A stretch of DNA of 63,148 nucleotides, counting the filler, from Octopus bimaculoides (taxonomy: Eukaryota): assembly GCF_001194135.2 (NCBI RefSeq). It is 7 parts of 6 records of this genome, joined end to end, with 100 filler letters (N's around TTAATTAATTAA, not from the genome) between each part and the next. Parts side by side here need not be neighbours in the genome. Positions count along the whole stretch, not along the records: positions 1 to 27,100 come from NC_068990.1; positions 27,201 to 33,341 come from NC_068981.1; positions 33,442 to 37,729 come from NC_068981.1; 4 more parts are not named here. One strand, given 5' to 3'. The position numbers and the translations under genes are program-made. Below the pieces are notes generated by a model. The model did no database searches and was not told where the DNA came from. It saw only the letters and a list, made by a program, of their open reading frames with translations. Of the stretch, positions 26,463 to 37,829 are shown in pieces (within the stretch, counting starts at the first letter, position 1; every line of letters begins with the position of its first letter).

Positions 26463-27014
26463 TATCGAACGCACATACTCAGTGTATGTGCTTCTCTTGT
26501 TTGCCGGTCGACTGCGATTTGATGAGGTGGAAATGACTCTGAAACACCTGACGGTCATAGACAGGCGACACAACTCCCCCCGAACCCCATTCAAGAGCGA
26601 TGGGCATCGATGCTTTACCATTTTTGTGGCTTATCAACATCACGTAGCTGAACCGAATCGGAGGCGAATTGAAAAGCCTACCCATGACTAAATATAAAAT
26701 AGTGTAAAAACCATTTGCTGGTATGCCCGGATGATGCCTACGTAGAAATAAATTCAAATATGAATTAGACATAAAAATTTTACATAGTCATAGACAGGTT
26801 ATTCAATTTGCTTCCTGTCCATCTCGGGTACATGTTGATAAACCACATAAGTAGCGAAACATCGATGTGCATCGATCCAAAAGGGGACTCGGAGTGACTT
26901 GTCTCGCCTGTCTATGACTTTCAGGTGTTTTAACGCCCGGCACATTTCCACTGCATTAAATCGCATCCCACTGGCAAGCAGTCAGAGGTCATGCGTTGAG
27001 TATGTGTGTCCATA
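26463..27014. mobile_element. MITE with about 105-bp imperfect terminal inverted repeats
   Basis: Left cacatactca...gaaacacctgacggtcatagacaggcga vs right tcgcctgtctatgactttcaggtgtttt...tgagtatgtg. Confidence 0.7.
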
Positions 27015-27024
27015 TAAGGATATA

Positions 27025-27100
<76 letters not shown>

Positions 27101-27144
27101 NNNNNNNNNNNNNNNNNNNNNNNNNNNNNNNNNNNNNNNNNNNN

Positions 27145-27156
27145 TTAATTAATTAA
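27145..27156. other. Artificial TTAATTAATTAA gap linker (also 33386, 37774, 47885, 53520, 59134)
   Basis: Identical 12-mer centred in 100-bp N gaps (44 N + 12 + 44 N); stop codons in all six frames. Confidence 0.95.
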
Positions 27157-27200
27157 NNNNNNNNNNNNNNNNNNNNNNNNNNNNNNNNNNNNNNNNNNNN

Positions 27201-27900
27201 GTGTAGCGTGTAATCATCGCATTGACCATAACAGAGAAAGTTGAGCAAAGAATATGCACCAAATTTTGCCAAAAGCCTGGCGATACCTGCTCAGGGGCCT
27301 GCTCAAAGTTTTCAAAAACTTTTCATCGTTCTCGACACAATCAAAGAGACCTTTTTGCGACTTAAGCCCGAGTGCCTTTTTAGTCAGCTGAAAACAGTTT
27401 TTGCACAAACTTGGCAGACGCGCGTCTCATACCCAAATCTTCAGTGATAATGGACTGAACTGAACCGTAACAAATCTGCACATCCTCTGGTAACTCACGG
27501 ATGGAGATTCGACAATTTACCCTCATAGTTGCACGCACATCTGCGATGTTCTTCTCAGTTCTGCTGGTTGCGGGTCTCCCTGGACGTTCGTCAATATCGA
27601 CATTTTTACGGCCATCTTGGAAACGTCTGAACTATTCGTACACTTGTGTGGCTCATACACTCCTCTCCATACACTTTCTGCAACTTTGCTTTGGCTTCTG
27701 AGCAGGTATCGCCATAACAACTTTCTCTGTTGTGGTCAATGCTACACACCTTCCTTCTAATCACACGCTACACAGTTTCCTTCCAAGCACTACTGTAAAC
27801 AGCAGAGTTGAAGGTCAATCTGTGCCAAGCGGCTTTACTCTGTGTGCTTTAGCTTTGTTACTACCGCAATAGTCCGGATACTTATTGAGTAGACCTCTTA
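27201..27900 (-). mobile_element. Mariner-derived non-autonomous element with inverted copy of its 5' region
   Basis: Minus: TIR gaggtctactcaataagtatccggact at 27871-27898, then GDTCSEAKAKLQKVYGEECMS..DERPGRP..ITEDLGMRRASAKFV (HTH region); plus strand 27201-27294 repeats the 5' region. Confidence 0.8.
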
Positions 27901-28265
27901 TTTGTGTCTAACTCGCAGACCAGAGTTTCGCACAGAATAGCTGCAGTTTGGCATAGGTTAAGCTATTTCAAGAAAAATGTCACACGCTATGTAACTTTTC
28001 TGGCAGAAAAATGTACGATAAACATTGAAGAATTTGCTGTTTAGAAAATAATTCGTTTGAATAATTATGTAAATTGGACAAGATTTCTAAATAAAATGTT
28101 TTTCCCAGCAAATATGAAAAATTGTAAGCGTACAATTTTATTATTATTATAAATTCTGTATTTTTTGCTATATTTTGTGTAGTTTATGAAACTCGCTACG
28201 AAGGATCTGAGTTACTTAGATGCAACGAGTGTATGTGTGCATGCGTAATTAAGTACGTATGTATA

Positions 28266-28304
<39 letters not shown>

Positions 28305-28699
28305 ATATATGTATGTATGTATGTATATATATATATATATATATATATTAATTCTTTCCTTGTTTCTATCAGCCCTTTCACACTTCGTTCATTCCACTCT
28401 TCCTTTTTTTGTTCCCCCTCTCTCACATTTCCTGGCCTTCTCTTCATGCTCACTTTCCCCCCTCTTTTCACTTCACTGTGTCTCTTTCATTTTTTTCTCG
28501 CCCCTCCTTAATTCATCCATCCCTCTGCTTCTACCTCTCTCTCTTCTCTCCCCACGTGACCAGTGTTCGTCCAGGCCTGACCTTTCTTTCTTGGTTCGAC
28601 TACCATCCGTGCAACATCTATATTCCCTCCTGTGCATGTTAAATCCTATGTCTCTGCCGTAAGGCTTTACTTCCACACACGCCAGATTAATTTAATTCG

Positions 28700-29034
28700 T
28701 CCTTAGTTGAAAGAAACCTGTTGTTATGTCCTGTTAATTGCATTTGCATTTGTGTAACATTTCTCTGTTTTTTTTCCGTCCTTGTTTTTGTATACATTCG
28801 CTGCTTTCTTCTAAGGAAACTAATGCTCTTATTTATTTTTTCTTTGGGGCTGGCCAGATTGGAGCAATCTCGAGTATAACCAGTCGAAATTGCGAAGATA
28901 ATCTGGAACTCGACTGAGGATAAAAAACTCCGAATGATCCATCCTTGTTTTTCTTCTATCGTCAGTCTGGATATTTTGCTGTCCCTTTTTTGTTTCACCT
29001 AACTGTCTGGATGTTTGGCGTACTTGTACCATTT

Positions 29035-29040
<6 letters not shown>
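28700..29040 (+). repeat. T-rich interspersed repeat ending in (TA)n, possibly a PLE terminus
   Basis: Composition and TA-anchored end resemble the other PLE-like ends; only one copy in the window. Confidence 0.35.
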
Positions 29041-29065
<25 letters not shown>

Positions 29066-29802
29066 AATGAAAAATATTTCAATACAAATGTATTAATTTC
29101 CAGCAAAATATAGCCCTATAAAAGTATATATATATATAATGTTCTTCCTACAAGTAAGACAAGTTTTTCATGTTTGTTGCACACACGCATTTTTGCCAGT
29201 ATACACGCAGTGAAGCTATACAATAGCGTCGTATTTATATCGATTGCATATTTTCCAGTAAATATCGGTGCCTTGTTGTACCACTCTTCTGAATTTATAN
29301 NNNNNNNNNNNNNNNNNNNNNNNNNNNNNNNNNNNNNNNNNNNNNNNNNNNNNNNNNNNNNNNNNNNNNNNNNNNNNNNNNNNNNNNNNNNNNNNNNNNN
29401 NNNNNNNNNNNNNNNNNNNNNNNNNNNNNNNNNNNNNNNNNNNNNNNNNNNNNNNNNNNNNNNNNNNNNNNNNNNNNNNNNNNNNNNNNNNNNNNNNNNN
29501 NNNNNNNNNNNNNNNNNNNNNNNNNNNNNNNNNNNNNNNNNNNNNNNNNNNNNNNNNNNNNNNNNNNNNNNNNNNNNNNNNNNNNNNNNNNNNNNNNNNN
29601 NNNNNNNNNNNNNNNNNNNNNNNNNNNNNNNNNNNNNNNNNNNNNNNNNNNNNNNNNNNNNNNNNNNNNNNNNNNNNNNNNNNNNNNNNNNNNNNNNNNN
29701 NNNNNNNNNNNNNNNNNNNNNNNNNNNNNNNNNNNNNNNNNNNNNNNNNNNNNNNNNNNNNNNNNNNNNNNNNNNNNNNNNNNNNNNNNNNAATGATATT
29801 CC

Positions 29803-29917
29803 AGTCCTACAGCTGTTTCCACACCTGATTAATTCAATTACAGAAATTAAATTAAATTAATTTAATTCAAATTTTCATTTAGAATGAAACTAGTTAATTG
29901 GTATTTCATCAGAGACT
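29803..29917 (-). ncRNA. Type I hammerhead, intact core, 5-bp helix I
   Basis: AGUCU-CUGAUGA-(A)AUACC..long AU-rich helix II..GGUGU(G)-GAAA-CAGCUG-UA-GGACU; palindrome ACAGCUGU, GUA triplet. Confidence 0.8.
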
Positions 29918-30018
29918 AATTTTCCCAAAAGTGAGTTACATTTTAACGCGTTGGTTGATCTACGATAAAGTCAGATGCGTACGTTTTAGAATGTGGGCAT
30001 TGTGTAAAAATCCATTAT

Positions 30019-30054
<36 letters not shown>

Positions 30055-30443
30055 ACACATAAACAAATACATCTGATACATTTTTGTGCGTTCATATGTA
30101 ATAGATGATAGTTTTTTTATTGAGTGTGGGGGATATTATTATATGGTAATTAAACTGTTTGATACGACGTATATTTTTGTTGTCTTCAGTATTTTTAACA
30201 AACGCATGCATAACTACTTGATGAATGTTACTCACTTCTCATCTTTCTTTCTCACTTGATTTACCAATAAAAACCATCATGTATTACATATGAACGCGCA
30301 CAAATGCATCAGATGTATTTTTTTATTTGTTTATAAATGAAAATAATGGATATTTAAACAACGCACACATTCTAAAACGAACACATCTAAGTCTGTTGTA
30401 GATCAACAACCACGTTAAAATGTAACTCCCTTTCGAGAAAATT

Positions 30444-30555
30444 CTTTCCTGATGAAATATTCAATGAACCAGCTTCAATATAAAAATTTTGATCAAAATG
30501 ATTTAATTTAATTTCTGTAATTGAATTAATTGGGTATGGAAACAGCTGTAGGACT
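30444..30555 (+). ncRNA. Type I hammerhead, intact core (right-arm copy)
   Basis: CUGAUGA 30449-55; helix II AUAUUCAAU/AUUGGGUAU; GAAACAGCUGUA 30539-50; helix I 3 bp. Confidence 0.75.
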
Positions 30556-31273
30556 GGAATTTCATTATAAGGATTTGATTATCTTTGAATAAACTGATAT
30601 CTGCATGTAAATTTGTAAATTTCTCCATTTTCNNNNNNNNNNNNNNNNNNNNNNNNNNNNNNNNNNNNNNNNNNNNNNNNNNNNNNNNNNNNNNNNNNNN
30701 NNNNNNNNNNNNNNNNNNNNNNNNNNNNNNNNNNNNNNNNNNNNNNNNNNNNNNNNNNNNNNNNNNNNNNNNNNNNNNNNNNNNNNNNNNNNNNNNNNNN
30801 NNNNNNNNNNNNNNNNNNNNNNNNNNNNNNNNNNNNNNNNNNNNNNNNNNNNNNNNNNNNNNNNNNNNNNNNNNNNNNNNNNNNNNNNNNNNNNNNNNNN
30901 NNNNNNNNNNNNNNNNNNNNNNNNNNNNNNNNNNNNNNNNNNNNNNNNNNNNNNNNNNNNNNNNNNNNNNNNNNNNNNNNNNNNNNNNNNNNNNNNNNNN
31001 NNNNNNNNNNNNNNNNNNNNNNNNNNNNNNNNNNNNNNNNNNNNNNNNNNNNNNNNNNNNNNNNNNNNNNNNNNNNNNNNNNNNNNNNNNNNNNNNNNNN
31101 NNNNNNNNNNNNNNNNNNNNNNNNNNNNNNNNNNNNNNNNNNNNNNNNNNNNNNNNNNNNNNNNNNNNNNNNNNNNNNNNNNNNNNNNNNNNNNNNNNNN
31201 NNNNNNNNNNNNNNNNNNNNNNNNNNNNNNNNATATATTTATATATATACACACACACATACATACATACATA

Positions 31274-32479
31274 CAGGCACGACAGAAGTAAATAGACATC
31301 CCATAAAACATCGTTTTATGTTTATTCTAATTTGTAAAGGTTTATATTGTTTTAATAATTGACATTTTTATGTTTCAGGTTCTATATGTGACTGTTTAAT
31401 CATGCCGTGTGCAAAAGAAGCCTTGGAAGTGCATGAATTTCAAAGAGCCGTATTGTGGCTCATTCTAAAGGTGGACATAGTCAGCGTAAAATCGCAGAAA
31501 AAACCTAGGGATCCTGCTCTCTGCAGTTAATAGAGTGATTGTGAAATTCACCAGAGAGGGGAAGGAGTCCACATCACCTCGCCTAGATCAACCAAGGCGC
31601 TCTGACAGGACCCTTCTCTGTGCTAAGAGAAGTGTGGGGGATAGTCCTCGTTGCAAGGCCTTTGGCATAACAGAACAAGTTGATGTTAGATCCAGAACAG
31701 CTGTCAGGTATCTCCACAAACTTGGTTACTATGGCAGAGCAGCAAGAAGGAAATCACTTCTTCGATCAGCCAACATCAAGCGGAGAAACGATTGGGCAAG
31801 CGAGATGGTGGAGAGGCCACTAGCATTTTGGGACACTGTCATATTCTCTAATGAGTCCAGATTTGTATTTCCTGACAGTGGTCAGGTTCGGAGACTCTGT
31901 GATTAAGAATTTGATGTGAAAAGATTGCAGCCAGCAATGAAATACGGCAGCTATTCTGTGATGGTCTGGAGAGTAATTTGGAATAATTGTGGAGTGTAAG
32001 GGATACATAAACTCGGATAAATATGAGTCCATATTGCAGAAAGGACTCCTTCCAATCTTCTCCAGTGGTGAAATAATTACAGATGACTCTTTATTTATGG
32101 AAGACAGGGCTCTTTGTCACACGGCTAAAATAACCCAAGATTTGTTGGATGAGAATGGCTTCCATGGCCAAGCCAGTCACCAGATATGAACCCTATTGAA
32201 CACCTCTGGGACATAATGGACAGGTCACTTCATAAAAGAACAAGAAAGCATCTTCAAAGCCAGATCTTTTGAGATTACTGCGTGAAACTTGGTAAGAAAT
32301 TCCGCAACAGAATAGAATATTCGTCAGCTGATCAGTAACATGCCTTGCATTGAAAAATATGAAGGGCATGTCTATTAAATATCAAATATTCACATTATAA
32401 CAATTAATAAATAATTTGAATGAATAATTTCAGATTTAAATAAATTTTAATGATTATAAGGGTGTCTATTTTCTTCTGT

Positions 32480-32487
<8 letters not shown>
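31274..32487 (+). mobile_element. Tc1 (DD34E) transposon, full length but decayed
   Basis: TIRs cacgacagaagtaaatagacatccc / gggtgtctattttcttctgtcatgtg; motifs GRAARRK, WDTVIFSNESRF, FMEDRALCHTA, PDMNPIEHLW; frameshifts and stops. Confidence 0.9.
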
Positions 32488-32515
<28 letters not shown>

Positions 32516-32517
<2 letters not shown>

Positions 32518-33317
32518 CCGTATATACTCGTGTAAAAGTCGAAAGTTTAGACCATTTTTTAACGTCAAATTTACGGGGTCGTCTATTACATGGATACTAT
32601 TTTTGAGGGGCTGAAATTCAAGCTAGGATCCGAAGTACCGTTTCAGCAGCAGAAGCTCAACTGATCTTTAAGTGAATAAAAACAAAAACACAATGAATTA
32701 CAGTAATGTTAGCAATTCTCTACATCAAAACACAGGCTCTAGTAAATAACAAGACCCATAAACAAGACCGCGTAGCTGTTGTTGTTCGCCGATAGTTCTG
32801 TCTGTGAAACACGTTTCTCACCAGGTAAACAGACGAGTGTAATGACGCATGTGCTTATTGTATTTGGAGATGAGGGAAATATAAGCTTACCAAAGTCCTG
32901 CCTTTGTACGAATTCAGAGAGTGGCGTTTGCCAGTGTACGCCAACACGTTTCTTACCATGTAAAAACAAGTTTCTCACCATGTAAACAACGAGCGTATGA
33001 CATGTGTTTACTGTGCTTGCAGATGTATGCAGGATTGCAGCATATCCTGGCATACATTTTAGGAATGGTGATGTAGCATTAAATGGTGTTTTACTATAAG
33101 CACCGAGCATTCCATTATAAGCACCAAACATTCCACCTATAGAGTAGGCTACAGTAAGGTAGACACACAATTTTCTAACAGTGTTATTTCTACGTACAGG
33201 ATAATACGGTACCTTGACCTACAAATGTTGTCCTGCTGTTCGTGAAATACTAGGGTCAACTTTTATACGGGGTCTATGGAAAATTCCCCACCCCCAGATA
33301 GGGAGTCGACTTTTACA
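32516..33317. mobile_element. Non-autonomous Tc1/mariner-superfamily (Tc2/pogo-like) element
   Basis: Starts TA|CCGTATATACTCGTGTAAAAGTCGA; right end TCGACTTTTACA (12-bp inverted match) then (TA)n and gap; subterminal gggtc(g/a)acttttat repeats; internal direct repeats at 32810, 32945 and 32968. Confidence 0.65.
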
Positions 33318-33441
33318 TATATATATATATATATATATATANNNNNNNNNNNNNNNNNNNNNNNNNNNNNNNNNNNNNNNNNNNNTTAATTAATTAANNN
33401 NNNNNNNNNNNNNNNNNNNNNNNNNNNNNNNNNNNNNNNNN

Positions 33442-33491
<50 letters not shown>

Positions 33492-34464
33492 TGTATACAT
33501 ACACAGATACATACCAACATATATATATATATATACATAGTAGTTGTTACATATTCCATATTTTCTTTATGAGGTATAATTTAGGACTAGCCTTCCCGTT
33601 TGTTTAAATCACATAGATATATAAAATCATCTCATCCACTACTATTGAATCATTGCACACTCTCGATGATGAAATATCTCATCGAGTTGAATTAAAATTA
33701 TACTACCCAGTTTCATGTGTCTATCCACCTTTAAAGTTCCTGACTTGTATTTAAATCTCCCAATGTAATATATTATCCATTACAGAACTATAAATATAAT
33801 TTTTGCTACATTTGCAACATTGCTATTACTTTTCGCTGTTTCGGTAATATATAATGTAACTGACTCGCTCATTCATCGTTCATTTATGGTCTATTTATAT
33901 ATCAAACACAGATGATTTCATCATTTGATATATATTATATGGAGAAATGAGAAAATGTCTTTAACCTGTACCAGGAGGAGTATCCGAGTCGTCACAATTA
34001 CGGATTTCAAGTGACGACGCTTTGATGTTTAAGGTCGAATTCTCAGCCAATAAGGGACTGGTTTTATCGTGAAATTTCTTCAGATGCTTCGAGAAGTTTC
34101 TCTGAACATAGCCTATAAATAGAGTTGATTTTAAGCGCTAATTCCCAGAGTGTTACAGGCGTCAAGCAGCAATAACTGCTTCTTTTGTACTTAAGTCATT
34201 ATAACGAGTGATTGCTCAACTACACATGCATTATACGGGGGTAGATATGAGGAGACGTGTGTACATGTATGTTCCTGTGTTAAGCTTTTGATATCCACCT
34301 ACTTTGCATGATGCATTATATTTCTTATATTGTTCACTATACATATGTATATTTGTAACGCATGGCCATCTTCATATGACTTCTTCAGTATTAATAAACC
34401 ATATTAAAATGTTCCCGAGAGTTGATAGATCATTCACAAGCAGCCTTAACCAACAGCAACCACT

Positions 34465-34572
34465 GACAAACACCCAGCAATAAGTCCCCCAGCAACCCAC
34501 GACAAACACCCAGCAATAAGTCCCACATCAACCCACGATAAACACCCAGCAATAAGTCCCACATCAACCCAC
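34465..34572. repeat. 36-bp minisatellite, 3 copies
   Basis: gacaaacacccagcaataagtcccacatcaacccac x3 with few substitutions. Confidence 0.95.
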
Positions 34573-34799
34573 AGCATAATCACAGAAACATGATGCTCTT
34601 CATATTTTCCTGAAATTTTGTATTTAAGCCCATACCTCGCGTAGCTCAATTCACATAGACATAAAATCATAGCACCAAATCCCAGCTATATTATAAAGCT
34701 TAGGCTGTGTTCATACGGAACTACCTATTTAAAATATAAGCATATTTACAAATATATATGTGTGATAACTGTATATGCATATATATATGCATCTATATG

Positions 34800-35665
34800 C
34801 TGTGACTCAATGGGCTGACAAAATGCAACTAAACGAGGGAAAATTTGAGCTGATGCATTTTGGAAGAAAGTCTATACTAAAACAGCCATACTCTCTTCCT
34901 TCAAGGGAACCGCTCACAGCATCTAATAATATCAGATACCTAGGTGTAATTGTTGATAACAACCTCAGTTGGTGTGCCCACATCAACAGTAAGGTCGATA
35001 TAGCTCGACGAATTAGCTCCTAGGACTTAAGAACCTTCCGGTTCAGAGAACAAGGTGTCATCATTCCACTTTTCTCTTCCTTTGTACGACCAGACCTCGA
35101 ATACTGCTGCCTCTTGTGCTTTCCCCTTACAAAACAAAATATCTAGAAAATTGAATCACCCCAGAGGGCACTCACTAAACGTATTGAAGGCATGACTGAT
35201 CTCGATTACTTGGACCACCTTAAAGTCTTGAAATTCTACTCTCTCCAGTGTACATCATTTGTAAGATGGGGAGAATATACCGCCAACATTGCCCAAACGA
35301 CTTGAACATTAGTTTCAAGATTCCTCCAAGGCTGGGACCACGGGTCATACGTCCCCTGCCCAATTCAGGATCACAACGTATAGGTACACTGCGACACAAT
35401 TTATTTTCTTCAACAGGCTCTGCCTTGTTTAACATTGTCCCAAAACTGATAAAAGAGGAAAAGGATCCCATCACCTTTAAACGGAGTCTGGAGAGATTTC
35501 TTCAAGGAATACCAGACAAGCCACCCATACCTGTATACAACTCACTCAATAAGAACTCACTACTTGAATAGAACATAAACAAAACTTGACTTAAAAAGGA
35601 TTTCGATAATCCTATCAGGTGGTGCTATTACGTTAGACATGGCTTGGACCAATCGTTGGTCGAAA
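34800..35665 (+). mobile_element. CR1/Zenon-like LINE, 5'-truncated RT C-terminal half with 3' UTR
   Basis: MQLNEGKFELMHFG..IRYLGVIVDNNLSWCAHI..FVRPDLEYCC..FKRSLERFLQGIPDKP; in-frame stops and frameshift; tail ggtggtgc..catggc..gaccaatcgttggtcgaaac. Confidence 0.9.
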
Positions 35666-36284
35666 CATCTTTTATCTAAGTATTATATATATNNNNNNNN
35701 NNNNNNNNNNNNNNNNNNNNNNNNNNNNNNNNNNNNNNNNNNNNNNNNNNNNNNNNNNNNNNNNNNNNNNNNNNNNNNNNNNNNNNNNNNNNNNNNNNNN
35801 NNNNNNNNNNNNNNNNNNNNNNNNNNNNNNNNNNNNNNNNNNNNNNNNNNNNNNNNNNNNNNNNNNNNNNNNNNNNNNNNNNNNNNNNNNNNNNNNNNNN
35901 NNNNNNNNNNNNNNNNNNNNNNNNNNNNNNNNNNNNNNNNNNNNNNNNNNNNNNNNNNNNNNNNNNNNNNNNNNNNNNNNNNNNNNNNNNNNNNNNNNNN
36001 NNNNNNNNNNNNNNNNNNNNNNNNNNNNNNNNNNNNNNNNNNNNNNNNNNNNNNNNNNNNNNNNNNNNNNNNNNNNNNNNNNNNNNNNNNNNNNNNNNNN
36101 NNNNNNNNNNNNNNNNNNNNNNNNNNNNNNNNNNNNNNNNNNNNNNNNNNNNNNNNNNNNNNNNNNNNNNNNNNNNNNNNNNNNNNNNNNNNNNNNNNNN
36201 NNNNNNNNNNNNNNNNNNNNNNNNNNNNNNNNNNNNNNNNNNNNNNNNNNNNNNNNNNNNNNNNNNNNNNNNTATATATATATA

Positions 36285-36522
36285 TATAAACAGTAACGAT
36301 AAGACAACAAAAGAATGAATGATACCTCGATATTAAGTAAACAGAGAAATTTATCTGTAATATAATATGTGACATTATTTACATTATTTACAATAAACGG
36401 ATATTTGTCCTCATCTTGTTTGTTGTTAGCACAACGTTTCAGCTGATATAGCCGCCAGCCTTCATGAGGTGTCTTAGGGAAATTTTGAACCTGGGCTCTC
36501 ATTCCTAAGGTATTTTTCGATG

Positions 36523-36583
<61 letters not shown>

Positions 36584-36667
36584 CATTATTATCCAGGTCA
36601 CTGCCTGGAATCGAACTCCAAATCTTGGGGTTAGTAGCCCGCGCCCTTAAACACTACGCTATATCTC
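36285..36667 (-). mobile_element. SINE family D: tRNA-like head + (AAT)n + hammerhead-bearing tail
   Basis: Minus head tagcgtagtgtttaagggcgcgggctactaaccccaagatttggagttcgattccagg (A- and B-box, anticodon-like loop CUACUAA); (AAT)n 36525-36592; HHR 36428-36473; ends in (TA)n. Confidence 0.75.
36428..36473 (-). ncRNA. Minimal type I hammerhead motif, G5C mutated
   Basis: GACAC-CUCAUGA-A-GGCUG(gcggcuauau)CAGCU-GAAA-C-GU-U-GUGCU; palindrome AACGUU. Confidence 0.65.
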
Positions 36668-36674
36668 CGTTATA

Positions 36675-36773
36675 TGTGACAATTATTCGGTTGCCATAAT
36701 AAGACTCCGACTTTCGGATGTCGGGCCGGAAAACAGCTCAGACATCGCGTCTGGCAACCGAATAATTGTCACA
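36675..36773. mobile_element. 99-bp miniature element with perfect TIRs, TGT...ACA termini, TA flanks
   Basis: atatgtgacaattattcggttgcca (36672-96) is the exact reverse complement of 36752-76. Confidence 0.85.
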
Positions 36774-36849
36774 TATGATACATATATATATATGCATATA
36801 TATATATATATATATATANNNNNNNNNNATATATATGCATATATATCTG

Positions 36850-37716
36850 TTACCTTGGGAAGAAAGTTCTTGGACAAGTCATTGTTGCAAGTCTTTGAAG
36901 CTGATCCAATGCAAAGTGCACGTGAACTTGTAGTACGGTTTGGCGTCTCCCATGTCATGATCATCAACCACTTGCATCGTCTCGGCCAGATCAGCAAGCT
37001 TGGAAAATGAATGCCACATGAATCGACTGAAGCGATCAAACAAGCTCGTATCAACCGAAGATTCGATCCGTTGGATTCTGTAACCACTGTGGGTGATAAG
37101 TGGGGCATGTACTCCAACGTGAGGCACAGACGATCCCGGTGTAGCAAAGGTTAACAGCCAAAACCTTCGCCAAAAGGACCGCCTGTGCAAAAAGAAGGTT
37201 ATGATCTCAGTTTGGTGGGATTGCCATGGTGTGATCATGTTGGATCTTCTCCCACGCAATACCGCTGTTGACAAGGATATCTACTGCGAACAAATCGACA
37301 GTCTAAAGATCGTGCAGGCCGAAAAACGCTCAAATTTAAAGAAGATAATTTACCACCAAGAAAACGCGCCAGCACATCGTGCAAAGAAGACGTCAGAGAA
37401 ACTGAAGGAGGCAAGCTGGAGATTATAGTGCATCCACCGTATTTTCCTGACATTGCCCCTTCTGACTACCACATATTCTCTACCTTACAACGCACAATTG
37501 GCGATACAAAAATCGAAGAAGATGTGAAATCGTTCCTTTACGACTTTTTTTATTCAAAACCACGCGATTTCTGGATGAAAGGATTCAAAACTTTGCCTGA
37601 AAGATGGCAACAAATGATCAATAACGAGGTCGATTACCTTTAGGATTGATTGTTCTTGGTTGTTTTTTAATTGGTAATAAAGTGATATGTTAAAAGTGTC
37701 CAAGAACTTACCAAAT
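36850..37716 (+). mobile_element. Mariner (DD34D) transposon, decayed, left end lost in microsatellite and gap
   Basis: GK*MPHE (WVPHEL), TVGDKW, VMISVWWD, YHQENAPAH, HPPYFPDIAPSDYHIF, LPERWQ; degenerate right TIR near 37690-37716. Confidence 0.9.
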
Positions 37717-37829
37717 TGATATATATATANNNNNNNNNNNNNNNNNNNNNNNNNNNNNNNNNNNNNNNNNNNNTTAATTAATTAANNNNNNNNNNNNNNN
37801 NNNNNNNNNNNNNNNNNNNNNNNNNNNNN

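Larger units (their letters stand above)
29791..30567. mobile_element. Large foldback element, arms about 300-330 bp, one hammerhead per arm
   Basis: 29791-30122 is the diverged reverse complement of 30265-30567; spacer about 140 bp; flanked by gaps. Confidence 0.9.

Noticed and set aside
28840-28905. GGCTGG/CCAGTC stem followed by GAAA
   Set aside because: No CUGANGA-like strand upstream and no NUH/helix I arrangement; not called as HHR
32739-33170. 143-aa minus ORF
   Set aside because: Lies inside a non-autonomous transposon, no transposase or other motif recognised
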